Assembly: GCA_902524655.1 (NCBI GenBank)
Contig: CABZEG010000005.1
Location: forward strand, 3,851-67,850
Source: an uncultured Alphaproteobacteria bacterium
Lineage (GTDB): Bacteria > Pseudomonadota > Alphaproteobacteria > Rhodobacterales > Rhodobacteraceae
Direction of reading: 5' to 3'
DNA: 64,000 nucleotides
The notes under the pieces are model-generated. The model had not been told where the DNA came from. It searched no databases and saw only the letters and a list, made by a program, of their open reading frames with translations. Below, piece after piece: positions 9,599 through 20,523 of this stretch. The stretch's first letter is position 1. The number at the start of each line of letters is the position of its first letter. Both the position numbers and the translations under genes were made by a program.

Positions 9599-10368
9599 TG
9601 TTTTCCCTTACCTAATTGTAAGAAATCTTTATATCCTGTCTCCTCAACATGAAGAGCGAGAGTTTTGTCACCAGTTTTTACTATTCTTCCATCTACCATG
9701 ATGTGAACAAAATCAGGCACTATATAATTCAGAAGTCTTTGATAATGGGTGATAACCAGAAACGAACGGGAAGATGATGAAAAGTTATTTACTCCTCTAG
9801 AGACTAACTTCATAGCGTCAACGTCCAACCCGCTATCTGTTTCATCAAGGATTACAAATCTGGGCTCAAGTAAACACATTTGTAAAATTTCATTGCGTTT
9901 TTTTTCTCCTCCCGATGCACCAACATTAACCGGCCGTTTCATCATTTCGTCACTAATTTCTAAATCTTTTGCTATGCCTCGTACAAGCTTCAAAAAGTCT
10001 GCTGCATTGAGCTCTTCTTGACCTCTTGTTTTTCTTTGTGAATTTAATGCGGTTCTGAGAAAATTCATATTACCAACTCCAGGTATTTCTATTGGATATT
10101 GAAATGCCATAAAAATTCCAAGCGCAGCTCGTTCCTCTACCTCAGCCTCTAGCAAATCACTTCCGTCAAAATTTACAGTACCATTATCAATAATGTATCC
10201 ATCTTTCCCCGCCAGAACACTCGACAATGTCGATTTCCCGGACCCATTTGGTCCCATTATAGCATGCACTTCGCCTGGTTTAATGGAAAGTGATAAACCC
10301 TTAATTATCTGTTTTTCTTCTTCTTCCAAAGAAACTTTTAAATCATCGATGTTTAACATATTAGCCAA
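9595..10368 (-). CDS. sufC: Fe-S cluster assembly ATPase SufC
   Basis: Walker [13 protein letters not shown] signature GASGGEKKR, Walker [11 protein letters not shown]. It lies between sufB and sufD. Confidence 0.95.
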   Translation of the reverse strand: MANMLNIDDLKVSLEEEEKQIIKGLSLSIKPGEVHAIMGPNGSGKSTLSSVLAGKDGYIIDNGTVNFDGSDLLEAEVEERAALGIFMAFQYPIEIPGVGNMNFLRTALNSQRKTRGQEELNAADFLKLVRGIAKDLEISDEMMKRPVNVGASGGEKKRNEILQMCLLEPRFVILDETDSGLDVDAMKLVSRGVNNFSSSSRSFLVITHYQRLLNYIVPDFVHIMVDGRIVKTGDKTLALHVEETGYKDFLQLGKGKH

Positions 10369-11881
10369 CGGAACCCTCTAAAGAGATTGCAACTAATTTT
10401 TGTGCCTCCATTGCAAACTCCATTGGGAGAGCTTGTAATACCTCCTTACAAAACCCATTCACGATCAACGCTACAGCATCTTCTTCTCCAATTCCCCTTT
10501 GCATACAATAAAAGAGCTGATCTTCGTCTACCTTTGACGTTGTGGCTTCATGTTCAGCTCTCGCGCTACTATTATTTACCTCAATATAGGGAACAGTATG
10601 CGCTCCACATTTATTGCCGATGAGTAGACTATCGCATTGAGTAAAATTTCTTGAGTTTTGTGATCTACCCCCAATTTGTACAAGTCCTCTATAGGTGTTT
10701 TGCGCTTTTCCAGCACTAATTCCTTTGGATACAATTCTACTATTTGTGTTCTTTCCAAGATGTATCATCTTAGTGCCGGTATCGGCCTGTTGCATGTTAT
10801 TGGTGATAGCTATTGAGTAGAACTCACCAGACGAGTTATCACCTTTTAAAACACAAGACGGATATTTCCAGGTTATTGCAGATCCGGTCTCTACCTGTGT
10901 CCACATGACTTTGGAATTTCTACCCCTACAATCAGCACGTTTAGTAACAAAGTTGTAAATACCTCCAACCCCGTTCTCATCGCCCGGAAACCAATTTTGT
11001 ACTGTAGAATATTTAATTTCCGCTTCGTCAAGGATCACTAGCTCTACAACGGCAGCATGCAACTGGCTTTCATCCCGTTGTGGCGCAGTACACCCTTCCA
11101 AATAACTTACGTAGGAGTTGTCGTCTGCTATAATCAATGTTCTCTCAAATTGTCCAGTGTTTTCAGCATTTATTCTAAAGTAGGTCGACAACTCCATAGG
11201 ACATCTTACTCCTTTAGGAATGTACACAAACGATCCATCAGAAAAAACAGCAGCATTGAGGCAAGCAAAAAAGTTGTCTGATATTGGTACAACAGATCCT
11301 AGGTATTTCTTAACTAAGTCAGGGTATTCCTTTATCGCTTCTGATATTGAACAAAATATAACCCCAGCAGATTTTAATTCTTCTTTAAAGGTTGTCCCGA
11401 CCGAAACACTATCAAAAACCGCATCAACCGCAACCCTGCGATTTTCTGACTTATCTTCAGGATTTTCTTCAATTACACCAGCGAGTTTCTTTTGCTCGGT
11501 TAACGGAATTCCGAGCTTTGAGTAGGTTTCAAGAAGTTTTGGATCTACTTCATCTAAGCTTTTTGGCTTTTCTTTCATATTGGCAGGTCGAGCATAATAA
11601 TACTGATCTTGAAAGTCGATTTCTGGGATTTTTAACAGCGCCCAATCGGGCTGTTTAAGTTTCTTCCATCTGTTAAATGCCTTTAGTCTCCAATCGAGCA
11701 TCCACTTAGGTTCATTATTCTTTTTTGATATAAGCTTAACAATATCTTCATTTAATCCTAAAGGAGCATACTCCGTTTCTATATCTGTTGAGAACCCATA
11801 TTTATAGGTATCCCCAACGGATTTTACTGTTGAAAGAGTTTCCTTATCAATTACGTCCCTTACCTCATAGTTATCTGTCAT
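10361..11881 (-). CDS. sufB: Fe-S cluster assembly scaffold SufB
   Basis: 506 aa with conserved SufB blocks ([10 protein letters not shown].., [46 protein letters not shown]). Confidence 0.95.
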   Translation of the reverse strand: MTDNYEVRDVIDKETLSTVKSVGDTYKYGFSTDIETEYAPLGLNEDIVKLISKKNNEPKWMLDWRLKAFNRWKKLKQPDWALLKIPEIDFQDQYYYARPANMKEKPKSLDEVDPKLLETYSKLGIPLTEQKKLAGVIEENPEDKSENRRVAVDAVFDSVSVGTTFKEELKSAGVIFCSISEAIKEYPDLVKKYLGSVVPISDNFFACLNAAVFSDGSFVYIPKGVRCPMELSTYFRINAENTGQFERTLIIADDNSYVSYLEGCTAPQRDESQLHAAVVELVILDEAEIKYSTVQNWFPGDENGVGGIYNFVTKRADCRGRNSKVMWTQVETGSAITWKYPSCVLKGDNSSGEFYSIAITNNMQQADTGTKMIHLGKNTNSRIVSKGISAGKAQNTYRGLVQIGGRSQNSRNFTQCDSLLIGNKCGAHTVPYIEVNNSSARAEHEATTSKVDEDQLFYCMQRGIGEEDAVALIVNGFCKEVLQALPMEFAMEAQKLVAISLEGSVG

Positions 11882-12981
11882 TTAAATAGATTCCCTGCAT
11901 TTTTATGTCTTGAATATAATTGTTTCCATGAGAAAATAAAGGCTTCAATATCACTTTTTTTTGTATTGGGGCCTAAGGATATCCTTAGAGAACAACTTGC
12001 TAAATCTTCTCCGTATCTCATCTCCTTTAATAGACTTATTTCACTTAATTTTCCTGACGAACATGCCGTACCCGATGAAACACTGAAACCTTCAAGGTCT
12101 AAAGCAATTACTTGGCTTTCGCCTTTCCAACCAGGGGTAATAATGCAGGATGTATTCGGTAGTCTATTTTCTTTTTCGCCAACGATTATCGAGTCTTTTG
12201 AGATTTCTCTTATTTCATTCTCTAGCATATCTCTTAAAATCTTAATTTCTTGCCATACACCGTCTTCAACTAGTTTAATAGAGTAGGCTAAAGCTTCAGA
12301 AAATGCAGCAATAAGCATAAAATTTTCGGTCCCTGCTCTCAATCCAAATTCTTGATTTCCACCTAAAATTGTGGATTCGATCGAGTCCTCCTGTTTTACG
12401 AAAAGTACACCTACCCCTTTTGGTCCACAAACTTTGTGCGAAGCCAAGAAAAATGCTTGAGGCTGGATCTCACTAAATTTGAGATCTATTTTTCCAATAG
12501 CTTGAACTGCATCAGTGCACGCTATGTTTTTGGGAACATTTTGTAATATACCGGTCTCAGAGTTAGCAATTTGCAAAGCCTGGTTATTTTCAGAAGTATT
12601 TGAAGAAACTAAACCATTTTTCTCCAACGGTATAGACACATCACACCACATCTTTACACAATCGTGTTCAATAGCTGAACATTCCAATCTTTTATTATGT
12701 AAAAATAGCGCCGCAGACTCCGATGCGCCGGATGTAAAGATTATTGTACCCCTATCTAGACCTAGAAGGTTCATAACATCATCTCTTGAACGTTCAATTA
12801 TATTTCGCGCCTCTCTTCCTTCAAAGTGAACTGAGCTCGCATTACCAATCAAATCCAGATTTGAAATTAGGCTTTTCCGGGAATTTTCGCACAATAGGGC
12901 GCTTGCATTCCAATCAAAGTAACGTCTGCCATTTTGTAAGAGCGTCATTAAGCTTGTGCAAAACTTGATACTGCTTGACAT
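11878..12981 (-). CDS. NifS/IscS-like cysteine desulfurase (class V aminotransferase)
   Basis: PLP-lysine region [15 protein letters not shown] and a C-terminal SSGTACSSG loop. The likely true start is the ATG at 12948, which overlaps the Rrf2 stop as TAATG (12946-12950). Confidence 0.8.
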   Translation of the reverse strand: MSSSIKFCTSLMTLLQNGRRYFDWNASALLCENSRKSLISNLDLIGNASSVHFEGREARNIIERSRDDVMNLLGLDRGTIIFTSGASESAALFLHNKRLECSAIEHDCVKMWCDVSIPLEKNGLVSSNTSENNQALQIANSETGILQNVPKNIACTDAVQAIGKIDLKFSEIQPQAFFLASHKVCGPKGVGVLFVKQEDSIESTILGGNQEFGLRAGTENFMLIAAFSEALAYSIKLVEDGVWQEIKILRDMLENEIREISKDSIIVGEKENRLPNTSCIITPGWKGESQVIALDLEGFSVSSGTACSSGKLSEISLLKEMRYGEDLASCSLRISLGPNTKKSDIEAFIFSWKQLYSRHKNAGNLFK

Positions 12982-13400
12982 GGCTCCATAGAGTCAGAGG
13001 CCACGTCTTCTAATGAGATATTATGTAAAAATAGGTAAACTTGAGATGAAAACTGTTCCCAAAATTTTTCAGTTAAAACTAGCTCAAAAGGTTTTGGTAC
13101 AATATTTGTTTCAATTTTATCGTTAATAGAAATTGCAGCGAAATTCTCATCAACGGCTTCCATAATGTCATGAATCCTTATATTCTTTGGATGAAAATTT
13201 AAGCTAAATCCGCCTGATGCCCCTCTTACAGCCTTCACTAACCTTGCCTTACGCAATTTCATAAAAAGTTGTTCAAGGTAAGTTTGGGAAATGCCAGTTT
13301 CATTGGAAATCTCAGACACGGATACATTTGAGTTAAAATCTTTTCTAGCAATGTATGCCATCGCTATCAAAGCGTATTTACCTTTTGTGCTCAGTCTCAT
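12948..13400 (-). CDS. Rrf2-family transcriptional regulator (IscR/SufR-like), first gene of the suf operon
   Basis: MRLSTKGKYALIAMAYIA...SVSEISNETGISQTYLEQLFMKLRKARLVKAVRGASGGFSL is a canonical Rrf2 winged-helix N-terminus. Confidence 0.88.
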   Translation of the reverse strand: MRLSTKGKYALIAMAYIARKDFNSNVSVSEISNETGISQTYLEQLFMKLRKARLVKAVRGASGGFSLNFHPKNIRIHDIMEAVDENFAAISINDKIETNIVPKPFELVLTEKFWEQFSSQVYLFLHNISLEDVASDSMEPCQAVSSFAQA

Positions 13401-13441
13401 GGTTTAAAACAACAAATAAAATTTAATTTATATTTAAAATA

Positions 13442-13461
13442 GCTTGACTTACAGGTCAAGC
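13442..13461. promoter_or_regulatory. Perfect inverted repeat GCTTGAC-N6-GTCAAGC; candidate Rrf2 operator
   Basis: The repeat was read directly. It lies 42-61 nt upstream of the Rrf2 start, in the 101-nt divergent region shared with the hydrolase gene. Confidence 0.35.
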
Positions 13462-13501
13462 AATTAGTAACTGTTGTTCATCATTCAAAAAAGGAACTTC
13501 A

Positions 13502-14143
13502 ATGCCAGAAGTTATTATTTCAGGTCCAAACGGTAGGTTAGAAGGAAGATTTCACCCTCAAAAAAATGAAAATGCTCCCGTTGCGATCATTCTGCATCCA
13601 CACCCCAAGTTCGGTGGCACCATGAATAACAAAGTTGTGCACAATCTTCACTACTGTTTCTTTAACCTTGGATTTACCTGTTTAAGATTTAATTTCAGGG
13701 GGGTAGGCAAAAGCGAGGGAGAATTTGACGATGGGTTGGGTGAGCTGGCAGATGCTGCGTCGGCCTTAGATTTTCTGCAAACACAAACTCCCAACTCAAG
13801 TGCTTGTTGGGTTGTAGGTTTCTCCTTTGGTTCATGGATAGGAATGCAACTTTTGATGAGAAGACCAGAGATTAGTGGTTTTATATCGGTTTCTCCTCCA
13901 GCCAATTCATATGACTTTAGTTTTTTGGCTCCCTGCCCTTCTTCAGGATTGATTATTAATGGTAGTCTGGATCGTCTTGTCCCTCCCTCTGATATAAAGG
14001 GCTTATCAGACAGATTGAAACTTCAAAAGGGAATCCAAGTTGCTCATAAAGAAATTGAAGGTGCCGACCATTTTTTTACCAGTTTTGAAGAAGAAATGAC
14101 AAGAGCGGTTAAAGAGTACCTTGCCTCAAGGTCAGATATATAA
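13502..14143 (+). CDS. Alpha/beta-fold hydrolase (COG2945-like)
   Basis: ILHPHPKFGGTMNNKVV, LRFNFRGVGKSEG and the nucleophile elbow GFSFGS. Confidence 0.7.
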   Translation: MPEVIISGPNGRLEGRFHPQKNENAPVAIILHPHPKFGGTMNNKVVHNLHYCFFNLGFTCLRFNFRGVGKSEGEFDDGLGELADAASALDFLQTQTPNSSACWVVGFSFGSWIGMQLLMRRPEISGFISVSPPANSYDFSFLAPCPSSGLIINGSLDRLVPPSDIKGLSDRLKLQKGIQVAHKEIEGADHFFTSFEEEMTRAVKEYLASRSDI

Positions 14144-14157
14144 GTTAATGTAGGCTA

Positions 14158-15399
14158 ATGTTAAAAAGCAATCTCCTCAATAATTTAAATAGCCGTGGCT
14201 TTATTAATGACTGTACTGACTTAAAAGCGCTTGATATCTTATTGAACACTTCAAAAGTAACCTGTTATATTGGGTACGACGCTACTGCCTCCTCCCTTCA
14301 TGTAGGCCATCTTATGAATATAATGATGCTAAGATGGTTTCAAAAAGATGGACACAGAGTTATTACTTTACTGGGAGGCGGAACAACTAAGGTAGGGGAT
14401 CCATCATTCAGAAAAACAGAAAGACCGATAATAAGCGATGAAACAATAGATTCTAATTTATTAAGTCTTAAATCAATTTTTTCAAAATATTTAAAATTTA
14501 CTTCTGATTTCCCCGGTGCAATTATGCTGAATAATGATGAGTGGTTAAGCAAGCTAAACTACTTGGATTTTCTGAGAGATACGGGAAAGCATTTTTCAAT
14601 TAACAGAATGCTTAGCTTTGAATCAGTTAAAAGCAGACTGCAAAAAAATGATCCTTTAAGCTTTCTAGAATTTAATTACATGATATTACAAGGCTACGAC
14701 TTTTACAAACTGAACCACGACTATCAATGCATTCTTCAAATGGGCGGATCTGATCAATGGGGAAATATAGTCAATGGCATTGAGTTAACTAGGCGTATGA
14801 ACAGCAATAAACTTTTTGGCTTGACTTCGCCATTGTTGACAAACTCTTCTGGTCAAAAGATGGGAAAATCCTCTAGTGGTGCTGTCTGGCTAAACGAAGA
14901 AAATCTCTCTCCTTATGAATTTTGGCAGTTTTGGCGGAATTGTGATGATGATGATATTGAGAAATTCCTTCTTCTTTTTACTGAATTTTCGATTGACCAA
15001 ATTAAAGAACTGACTTCCAGAAAGGGTCATCGCCTAAATGAAGCAAAAATAGTTTTAGCAAACGAGGTTACCAAACTATGCCATGGCAAAATAAAGGCCG
15101 ATGAAGCATTTGAAACATCAAAAGCAGTATTTAGTGAAAATATTGGGTCTTCTAAACTACCTACAATCGAGATCAAAGCTAAAGATTGTCCTGAACGAAT
15201 TTCTATCACTCAGCTAATGACACTTTCAGGAATGGTGAAGTCTGGAAAAGAAGCGAAGAGATTAGTGAATGAAAACGCAGTGAAACTAGAGGGAAGAATT
15301 GTAAGAGACATTACTGAAAAATTTGAGAAAATTAATTTTTCTGATCCCCAGCAACTTTCAATAGGGAAAAAGAAACATTTCAACATCGTCATTTTCTAA
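14158..15399 (+). CDS. tyrS: Tyrosine--tRNA ligase
   Basis: HIGH motif (SLHVGHL), a KMSKS-like KMGKS, and a C-terminal S4-like domain. Confidence 0.95.
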   Translation: MLKSNLLNNLNSRGFINDCTDLKALDILLNTSKVTCYIGYDATASSLHVGHLMNIMMLRWFQKDGHRVITLLGGGTTKVGDPSFRKTERPIISDETIDSNLLSLKSIFSKYLKFTSDFPGAIMLNNDEWLSKLNYLDFLRDTGKHFSINRMLSFESVKSRLQKNDPLSFLEFNYMILQGYDFYKLNHDYQCILQMGGSDQWGNIVNGIELTRRMNSNKLFGLTSPLLTNSSGQKMGKSSSGAVWLNEENLSPYEFWQFWRNCDDDDIEKFLLLFTEFSIDQIKELTSRKGHRLNEAKIVLANEVTKLCHGKIKADEAFETSKAVFSENIGSSKLPTIEIKAKDCPERISITQLMTLSGMVKSGKEAKRLVNENAVKLEGRIVRDITEKFEKINFSDPQQLSIGKKKHFNIVIF

Positions 15400-15401
15400 T
15401 C

Positions 15402-15980
15402 TTATTTTTCAAGGTAAACCTTTTTCATAAAGTCCGGATTGTCAACAGCACCATTTCTTTTCAAATCACCTTTCTTAATTTTTGATAACACGTCCATTCC
15501 AGAACTAACCGTGCCAAAAACAGTGTAATTATTGTTCAAATGAGGAGCGGGCTGGAACATAATAAAAAATTGACTATTAGCAGAATCCGGATTGTTTGAT
15601 CGAGCCATGCCAACAGTACCTTCGATAAAGGCCGTATCAGAAAATTCAGATGGTAAGTCAGGCAACGAAGAGCCTCCTCTACCAACTAGCTCTGGTTTAA
15701 ATGCTTGTATTTTGCCAAACTTCACATCACCTGTCTGGGCCATAAAGCCATCAATCACTCTGTGGAACACGACGCCATCGTATGCGCCTAAATTAACCAA
15801 AGTTTTTATTCTTTCGACATGCAAAGGAGCCAAATCCGGCAGCAGTATTATTTCAATTTTTCCACTAGCTTCACCTCCTAATTCGATTACAAGGTTATTT
15901 TCTGCAAAAGCATTCCGACAGATAAGTATGCAAAAAAATATAATTACAAGAATTTTTTTAGAAAAAAGATATCTAAACAT
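15402..15980 (-). CDS. Peptidyl-prolyl cis-trans isomerase, cyclophilin type, exported
   Basis: Signal peptide plus cyclophilin blocks FHRVIDGFMAQTGD and NSQFFIM. Confidence 0.9.
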   Translation of the reverse strand: MFRYLFSKKILVIIFFCILICRNAFAENNLVIELGGEASGKIEIILLPDLAPLHVERIKTLVNLGAYDGVVFHRVIDGFMAQTGDVKFGKIQAFKPELVGRGGSSLPDLPSEFSDTAFIEGTVGMARSNNPDSANSQFFIMFQPAPHLNNNYTVFGTVSSGMDVLSKIKKGDLKRNGAVDNPDFMKKVYLEK

Positions 15981-16509
15981 TTTTAATCGTCTTTATGAAA
16001 TCTGGGTCATCAACTTTTCCATTATCCGATTGATCACCTTTTTTTATTTTATCTACTACGTCCATACCCTTCGAAACTTTGCCCCAGACCGTATACTGGT
16101 TATTTAAATGCATACTGTCTTCGAGCATAATAAAAAACTGGCTATTAGCAGAATTTGGGTTTTGTGATCGAGCCATACCCACAATGCCCCTAACAAACGG
16201 TTCAGAAGTGAATTCGGCTTCTAGATCAGGTAAGTCTGAGCCTCCCATTCCGACACGATCACTTTGGAGACCATTTTTCAAGGAACCAAACTGGCCATCA
16301 CCTGTTTGAGCCATAAAGCCATCAATCACTCTGTGAAACACAACATCATCAAAAAATTTATCTTTTGATAGCTGTAATATTCTCTTGCAATGATTTGGAG
16401 CAAGACCATTTAATAGTTCTATAGTGATATTTCCTTTATTCGTCTCTACAACTATATTTTTTTTGGCACTTTTTTTTGTTACCTTTTTTTTCTTTAATGC
16501 CATTTCCAA
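15973..16509 (-). CDS. Peptidyl-prolyl cis-trans isomerase, cyclophilin type, cytoplasmic
   Basis: Carries the same cyclophilin blocks without a signal peptide. It is a tandem paralog of the preceding gene and overlaps it by 8 nt. Confidence 0.9.
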   Translation of the reverse strand: MEMALKKKKVTKKSAKKNIVVETNKGNITIELLNGLAPNHCKRILQLSKDKFFDDVVFHRVIDGFMAQTGDGQFGSLKNGLQSDRVGMGGSDLPDLEAEFTSEPFVRGIVGMARSQNPNSANSQFFIMLEDSMHLNNQYTVWGKVSKGMDVVDKIKKGDQSDNGKVDDPDFIKTIKNV

Positions 16510-16517
16510 TCCTTTTT

Positions 16518-17009
16518 TTAGTTTTTAAATTTACTATTAATTGCAAACGCAATATCTTCAGTTACAAATTTATCTATGTTACCACCTAGCTTCGCAATTT
16601 CTTTTACCAGTCTAGAGGCAATGGCTTGACAACCTGCATCTGCCATCAAGAAAACTGTCTCTATTTTATTGTCTAAAACTCTATTCATTCCAACCATCTG
16701 GAACTCATACTCAAAGTCTGATACCGCCCGTAAACCTCTTATCAAAATTGAGGCACCTACGTCTTTTGCACACTCTATCAGTAAATTTTTAAAGGGATGC
16801 ACCACAATATCCACTTTCAATGACTTTAAATTAGCTATTTCTTTTTCTACAAGCTGCACTCTTTCTTCCAAAGAAAATAAAGGATTCTTATCATTATTTA
16901 TAGCCACTCCTATTACTAACTTATCAACGAGTGTTGAAGCCCTGCTTATTATATCTATATGTCCAAGTGTTAAAGGGTCAAAAGTACCTGGGTACAATCC
17001 TACTCGCAT
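16518..17009 (-). CDS. coaD: Pantetheine-phosphate adenylyltransferase
   Basis: MRVGLYPGTFDPLTLGHIDII is the canonical CoaD N-terminus. The track ORF extends upstream to 17057, but I prefer the M17 start. Confidence 0.9.
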   Translation of the reverse strand: MRVGLYPGTFDPLTLGHIDIISRASTLVDKLVIGVAINNDKNPLFSLEERVQLVEKEIANLKSLKVDIVVHPFKNLLIECAKDVGASILIRGLRAVSDFEYEFQMVGMNRVLDNKIETVFLMADAGCQAIASRLVKEIAKLGGNIDKFVTEDIAFAINSKFKN

Positions 17010-17049
17010 TATATCTTCCTTCTTTCTAAAGCTCTTCTTCAGGCGACTT

Positions 17050-19914
17050 TCAAACAATAGGACTTAAAAATGCTCCTGTAAAACTTTCTTTCACAGTCGC
17101 TATATATTCGGGTGTACCATGACATACTACTTCACCACCTTTATCTCCACCTTCTGGTCCAATGTCAATTACGTAGTCAGCTGTTTTGATCACATCCAAA
17201 TTGTGTTCAATAACAATAACTGTGTTACCTTTCTCTACAAGCTCATGCAGGATTTCAAGTAGTTTTTTAATATCATGAAAGTGTAACCCAGTTGTAGGTT
17301 CGTCTAATATATACAAAGTCGATCCCGAGCTTCTTCTTGCGAGTTCTTTTGCAAGCTTTACCCTCTGAGCTTCCCCTCCCGACAAAGTTGTCGCCTGTTG
17401 ACCAACTTTAATATAACCTAAGCCAACTCTTTTAAGAGTTGACATCTTTTCTCTTATCGAAGGCACTGCTTTAAAAAAATCTTCAGCTTCATTTACTGTC
17501 ATTTCTAAAACATCTGAAATGTTTTTATCCTTAAATTTTATTTCAAGCGTTTCTCTATTATACCTCTTGCCAAGACATTGGTCGCATTCCACATAAACAT
17601 CAGCTAGAAAATGCATCTCGATCTTAATAAGTCCATCACCTTGACAAGCCTCACAACGCCCACCTTTAACATTAAAAGAAAAACGTCCGGGCATATATCC
17701 TCGAGCTTTTGACTCTGGCAAGCCCGTAAACCAATCCCTTATATGCGTAAAAGCACCTGTGTAAGTAGCAGGATTAGATCTTGGAGTTCTTCCTATTGGA
17801 GATTGATCTATATCTATAACCTTCTCAAAATTCTCTAACCCTTCAATTTTTTCAAACTTTGCGGGGGTTTGTCTAGATCCGTTAAGTTTCGAGGCTGCCG
17901 CTTTGAAGAGAGTTTCTATTATTAAAGTCGACTTGCCTCCGCCTGATACGCCGGTTACGCATATAAATAGCTCTGTTGGGAAAGAAATGTTTACATTTTT
18001 GAGATTATTGCCATTTGCTCCTATTAATTTTACCTCAGATTTAGAATTAATTCTTCTCTTTGCCGGAACAGGTATGCTCTTTTTTCCGGAAAGATAAAGC
18101 CCCGTAAGCGACTGCTTACTTTTGATAACATCTAATGGAGTTCCTTCTGCAACGATATATCCACCCTGAATTCCCGCACCAGGACCAAGATCAATAACAT
18201 GATCAGCCTCTCTTATTGCTTCTTCATCATGCTCAACCACTAAAACTGAATTACCTTGTGATTTTAAATCTTTGAGCGTTTTGATGAGCCTTCTATTATC
18301 TCTCTGGTGTAATCCAATTGAAGGCTCGTCTAAAACATAAAGTACACCTGTTAAGCCAGAACCTATTTGACTCGCTAGTCTTATTCGCTGACTTTCACCT
18401 CCGGACAATGTACCTGAGGCTCGACTTAAAGTTAAATATTCTAAACCAACATTATCTAAAAAAGTCAGCCTGCTGGAGATCTCTTTTATAATAGCGCTGC
18501 CGATTTGCAAATGAGACTCAGAAAGAGTTTTTCTCAGTGAATTTATCCATGCAAGCAACTGCTTAATCGACTTATCGCAACACTCTCCGATATTTTGTTC
18601 CGCTACCCTTACGCAGAGAGCCTCTTGTCTTAGCCTGTAACCGTTACATTTAGAGCAAGGTTTATCACTTCTGTATCGTTTAAACTCTTCTAATAACCAA
18701 GGTTCAACAGTTTCATCAAATCTACGCTTCAGGTTAGTAATTACTCCTTCAAATGATTTTTTAGTGTTATAAACTCGCCCTCCATCATCAAATCTAAAGT
18801 TGATTTTCTCTCCTTCATTACCATACAGTAGGGTTTTTTTAATTTTTGCATCAAGGTCCTTCCAAGGAGCATTAGGATTGAAATTATAGTGTTTCGATAA
18901 AGCTTCAACCGTCTGTCGATAATATGGATTGGAACTCCTTGCCCAAGGAATGATTGCCCCATCATATACGGATAGTTTCTCGTCTATAACTATTAAGCTT
19001 TCATCAAACTGGTCTTCGCGACCAAGACCATCGCACGCCTCACATGCGCCAGTGGGCGCATTGAAAGAGAATAGTCTCGGTTCGATTTCGCCTAAACTAA
19101 AACCAGAAACGGGACATGCAAATTTTTCAGAAAATAAATGAGAGTCTTTTTGCTGATCTTCATCGAAAACTTCAACAACAACTATACCTTCAGAAATATC
19201 TAAAGCAGTTCTTAAACTATCAGCAAGCCTCTCGCCAATACTATCATCAGACTTTGATATCAAACGATCGACAAGTACATCTATGTTATACCGATATTTT
19301 TTGTCTAATGTCGGTATCTCATCAATGTCATAGAGATCTCCATTAATCCTAACCCTCTGAAAACCTTTTTTAATTATCTCATTAATTTCTTTTTTAAACT
19401 CTCCTTTTCGATCTTTCACCAAAGGAGCATAAATATATAGTTTTAGTCCCGATTTAAGTTTCAAAATTATGTCCACCATATCGGATATTTGTTGGGCTTT
19501 AATAGGTTTTCCGGTGGCTGGACTGTAGGGCACACCAACTCTAGCGAAAAGTAATCTTAGATAATCATAAATTTCAGTAACTGTTCCAACAGTTGAGCGG
19601 GGATTCTTACTTGTAGTTTTCTGCTCAATAGAAATGGCTGGTGATAATCCGGATATACTTTCCACATCTGGTTTTTGCATCATGTTTAAAAACTGTCGGG
19701 CATAAGCCGAAAGGCTTTCCACATAACGACGTTGGCCTTCAGCATATATTGTGTCAAATGCCAGCGAAGACTTTCCAGATCCCGACAAACCAGTTAGTAC
19801 AACCAGCTTATCTCTTGGAATATCAACATCTATGGATTTCAAATTATGTTCCTTCGCAGAACGAACTTTAATATGTGAGATAGAATCCAATGAACAAAAC
19901 CTCCTCATAATCAT
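17050..19914 (-). CDS. uvrA: Excinuclease ABC subunit A
   Basis: 954 aa with two ABC modules (GLSGSGKSS; GVSGGGKST), LSGGE signatures and zinc-finger CxxC pairs. Confidence 0.97.
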   Translation of the reverse strand: MIMRRFCSLDSISHIKVRSAKEHNLKSIDVDIPRDKLVVLTGLSGSGKSSLAFDTIYAEGQRRYVESLSAYARQFLNMMQKPDVESISGLSPAISIEQKTTSKNPRSTVGTVTEIYDYLRLLFARVGVPYSPATGKPIKAQQISDMVDIILKLKSGLKLYIYAPLVKDRKGEFKKEINEIIKKGFQRVRINGDLYDIDEIPTLDKKYRYNIDVLVDRLISKSDDSIGERLADSLRTALDISEGIVVVEVFDEDQQKDSHLFSEKFACPVSGFSLGEIEPRLFSFNAPTGACEACDGLGREDQFDESLIVIDEKLSVYDGAIIPWARSSNPYYRQTVEALSKHYNFNPNAPWKDLDAKIKKTLLYGNEGEKINFRFDDGGRVYNTKKSFEGVITNLKRRFDETVEPWLLEEFKRYRSDKPCSKCNGYRLRQEALCVRVAEQNIGECCDKSIKQLLAWINSLRKTLSESHLQIGSAIIKEISSRLTFLDNVGLEYLTLSRASGTLSGGESQRIRLASQIGSGLTGVLYVLDEPSIGLHQRDNRRLIKTLKDLKSQGNSVLVVEHDEEAIREADHVIDLGPGAGIQGGYIVAEGTPLDVIKSKQSLTGLYLSGKKSIPVPAKRRINSKSEVKLIGANGNNLKNVNISFPTELFICVTGVSGGGKSTLIIETLFKAAASKLNGSRQTPAKFEKIEGLENFEKVIDIDQSPIGRTPRSNPATYTGAFTHIRDWFTGLPESKARGYMPGRFSFNVKGGRCEACQGDGLIKIEMHFLADVYVECDQCLGKRYNRETLEIKFKDKNISDVLEMTVNEAEDFFKAVPSIREKMSTLKRVGLGYIKVGQQATTLSGGEAQRVKLAKELARRSSGSTLYILDEPTTGLHFHDIKKLLEILHELVEKGNTVIVIEHNLDVIKTADYVIDIGPEGGDKGGEVVCHGTPEYIATVKESFTGAFLSPIV

Positions 19915-20017
19915 CTATAGCAAATGGTAAATATTTAAAGTACTTTTTAATATTCACCTTGATACTTTGTTGAAAATTATATACTTCGATGTTAAACTAA
20001 CGGAGCGAGGTTTTGTC

Positions 20018-20494
20018 ATGGCTGGAAGTTTAAATAAGGTTCTTCTGATAGGAAGATTAGGAAAAGACCCAGAATTAAGAGAATTTCCATCTGGAGGAAA
20101 GGTGTGTAATTTTTCTTTAGCTACGAGTGAAACGTGGAAAGACTCAAGCACTGGAGAGAGACAGGAACGGACCAGCTGGCATAATATAGCAATTTTTAAC
20201 GAACGTCTTGCCGAGATAGCTGAACAATATCTAAGGAAAGGCTCACAAGTTTACATTGAGGGACAGTTGGAAACAAGAAAATGGCAGGATCAAGCGGGTA
20301 ATGATCGATACACAACAGAAGTAGTGCTTAAGAATTTTAGAGGTGAGCTCACAATGCTGGGTGGAAGGTCTGATGATATAACTAATATGTCGAATCAACA
20401 AAATGAAACACAGCCCTATCAATCAATTGAATCAGGTGGATCTAATCAGGATAATCTGGGTCCAGATGATTTAGACGATGAGATCCCATTTTAG
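20018..20494 (+). CDS. ssb: Single-stranded DNA-binding protein
   Basis: [21 protein letters not shown] begins the OB fold, and the protein ends in the acidic tail [13 protein letters not shown] lies upstream of the ATG at 20018. Confidence 0.95.
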   Translation: MAGSLNKVLLIGRLGKDPELREFPSGGKVCNFSLATSETWKDSSTGERQERTSWHNIAIFNERLAEIAEQYLRKGSQVYIEGQLETRKWQDQAGNDRYTTEVVLKNFRGELTMLGGRSDDITNMSNQQNETQPYQSIESGGSNQDNLGPDDLDDEIPF

Positions 20495-20523
20495 TTTTAC
20501 CATTTTTTCAGGAATGCTTACTT

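Noticed and set aside
15592-16107. 171-aa plus-strand ORF spanning both cyclophilin genes in antisense
   Set aside because: The cyclophilin motifs on the minus strand are unambiguous. This ORF crosses a gene boundary and has biased composition.
16669-17067. 132-aa plus-strand ORF antisense to coaD
   Set aside because: It is a shadow ORF. The CoaD N-terminal motif on the minus strand is canonical.
19915-20017. Possible LexA/SOS box in the uvrA-ssb divergent region
   Set aside because: I looked for the alphaproteobacterial GTTC-N7-GTTC / GAAC-N7-GAAC direct repeat and found no convincing match by eye.
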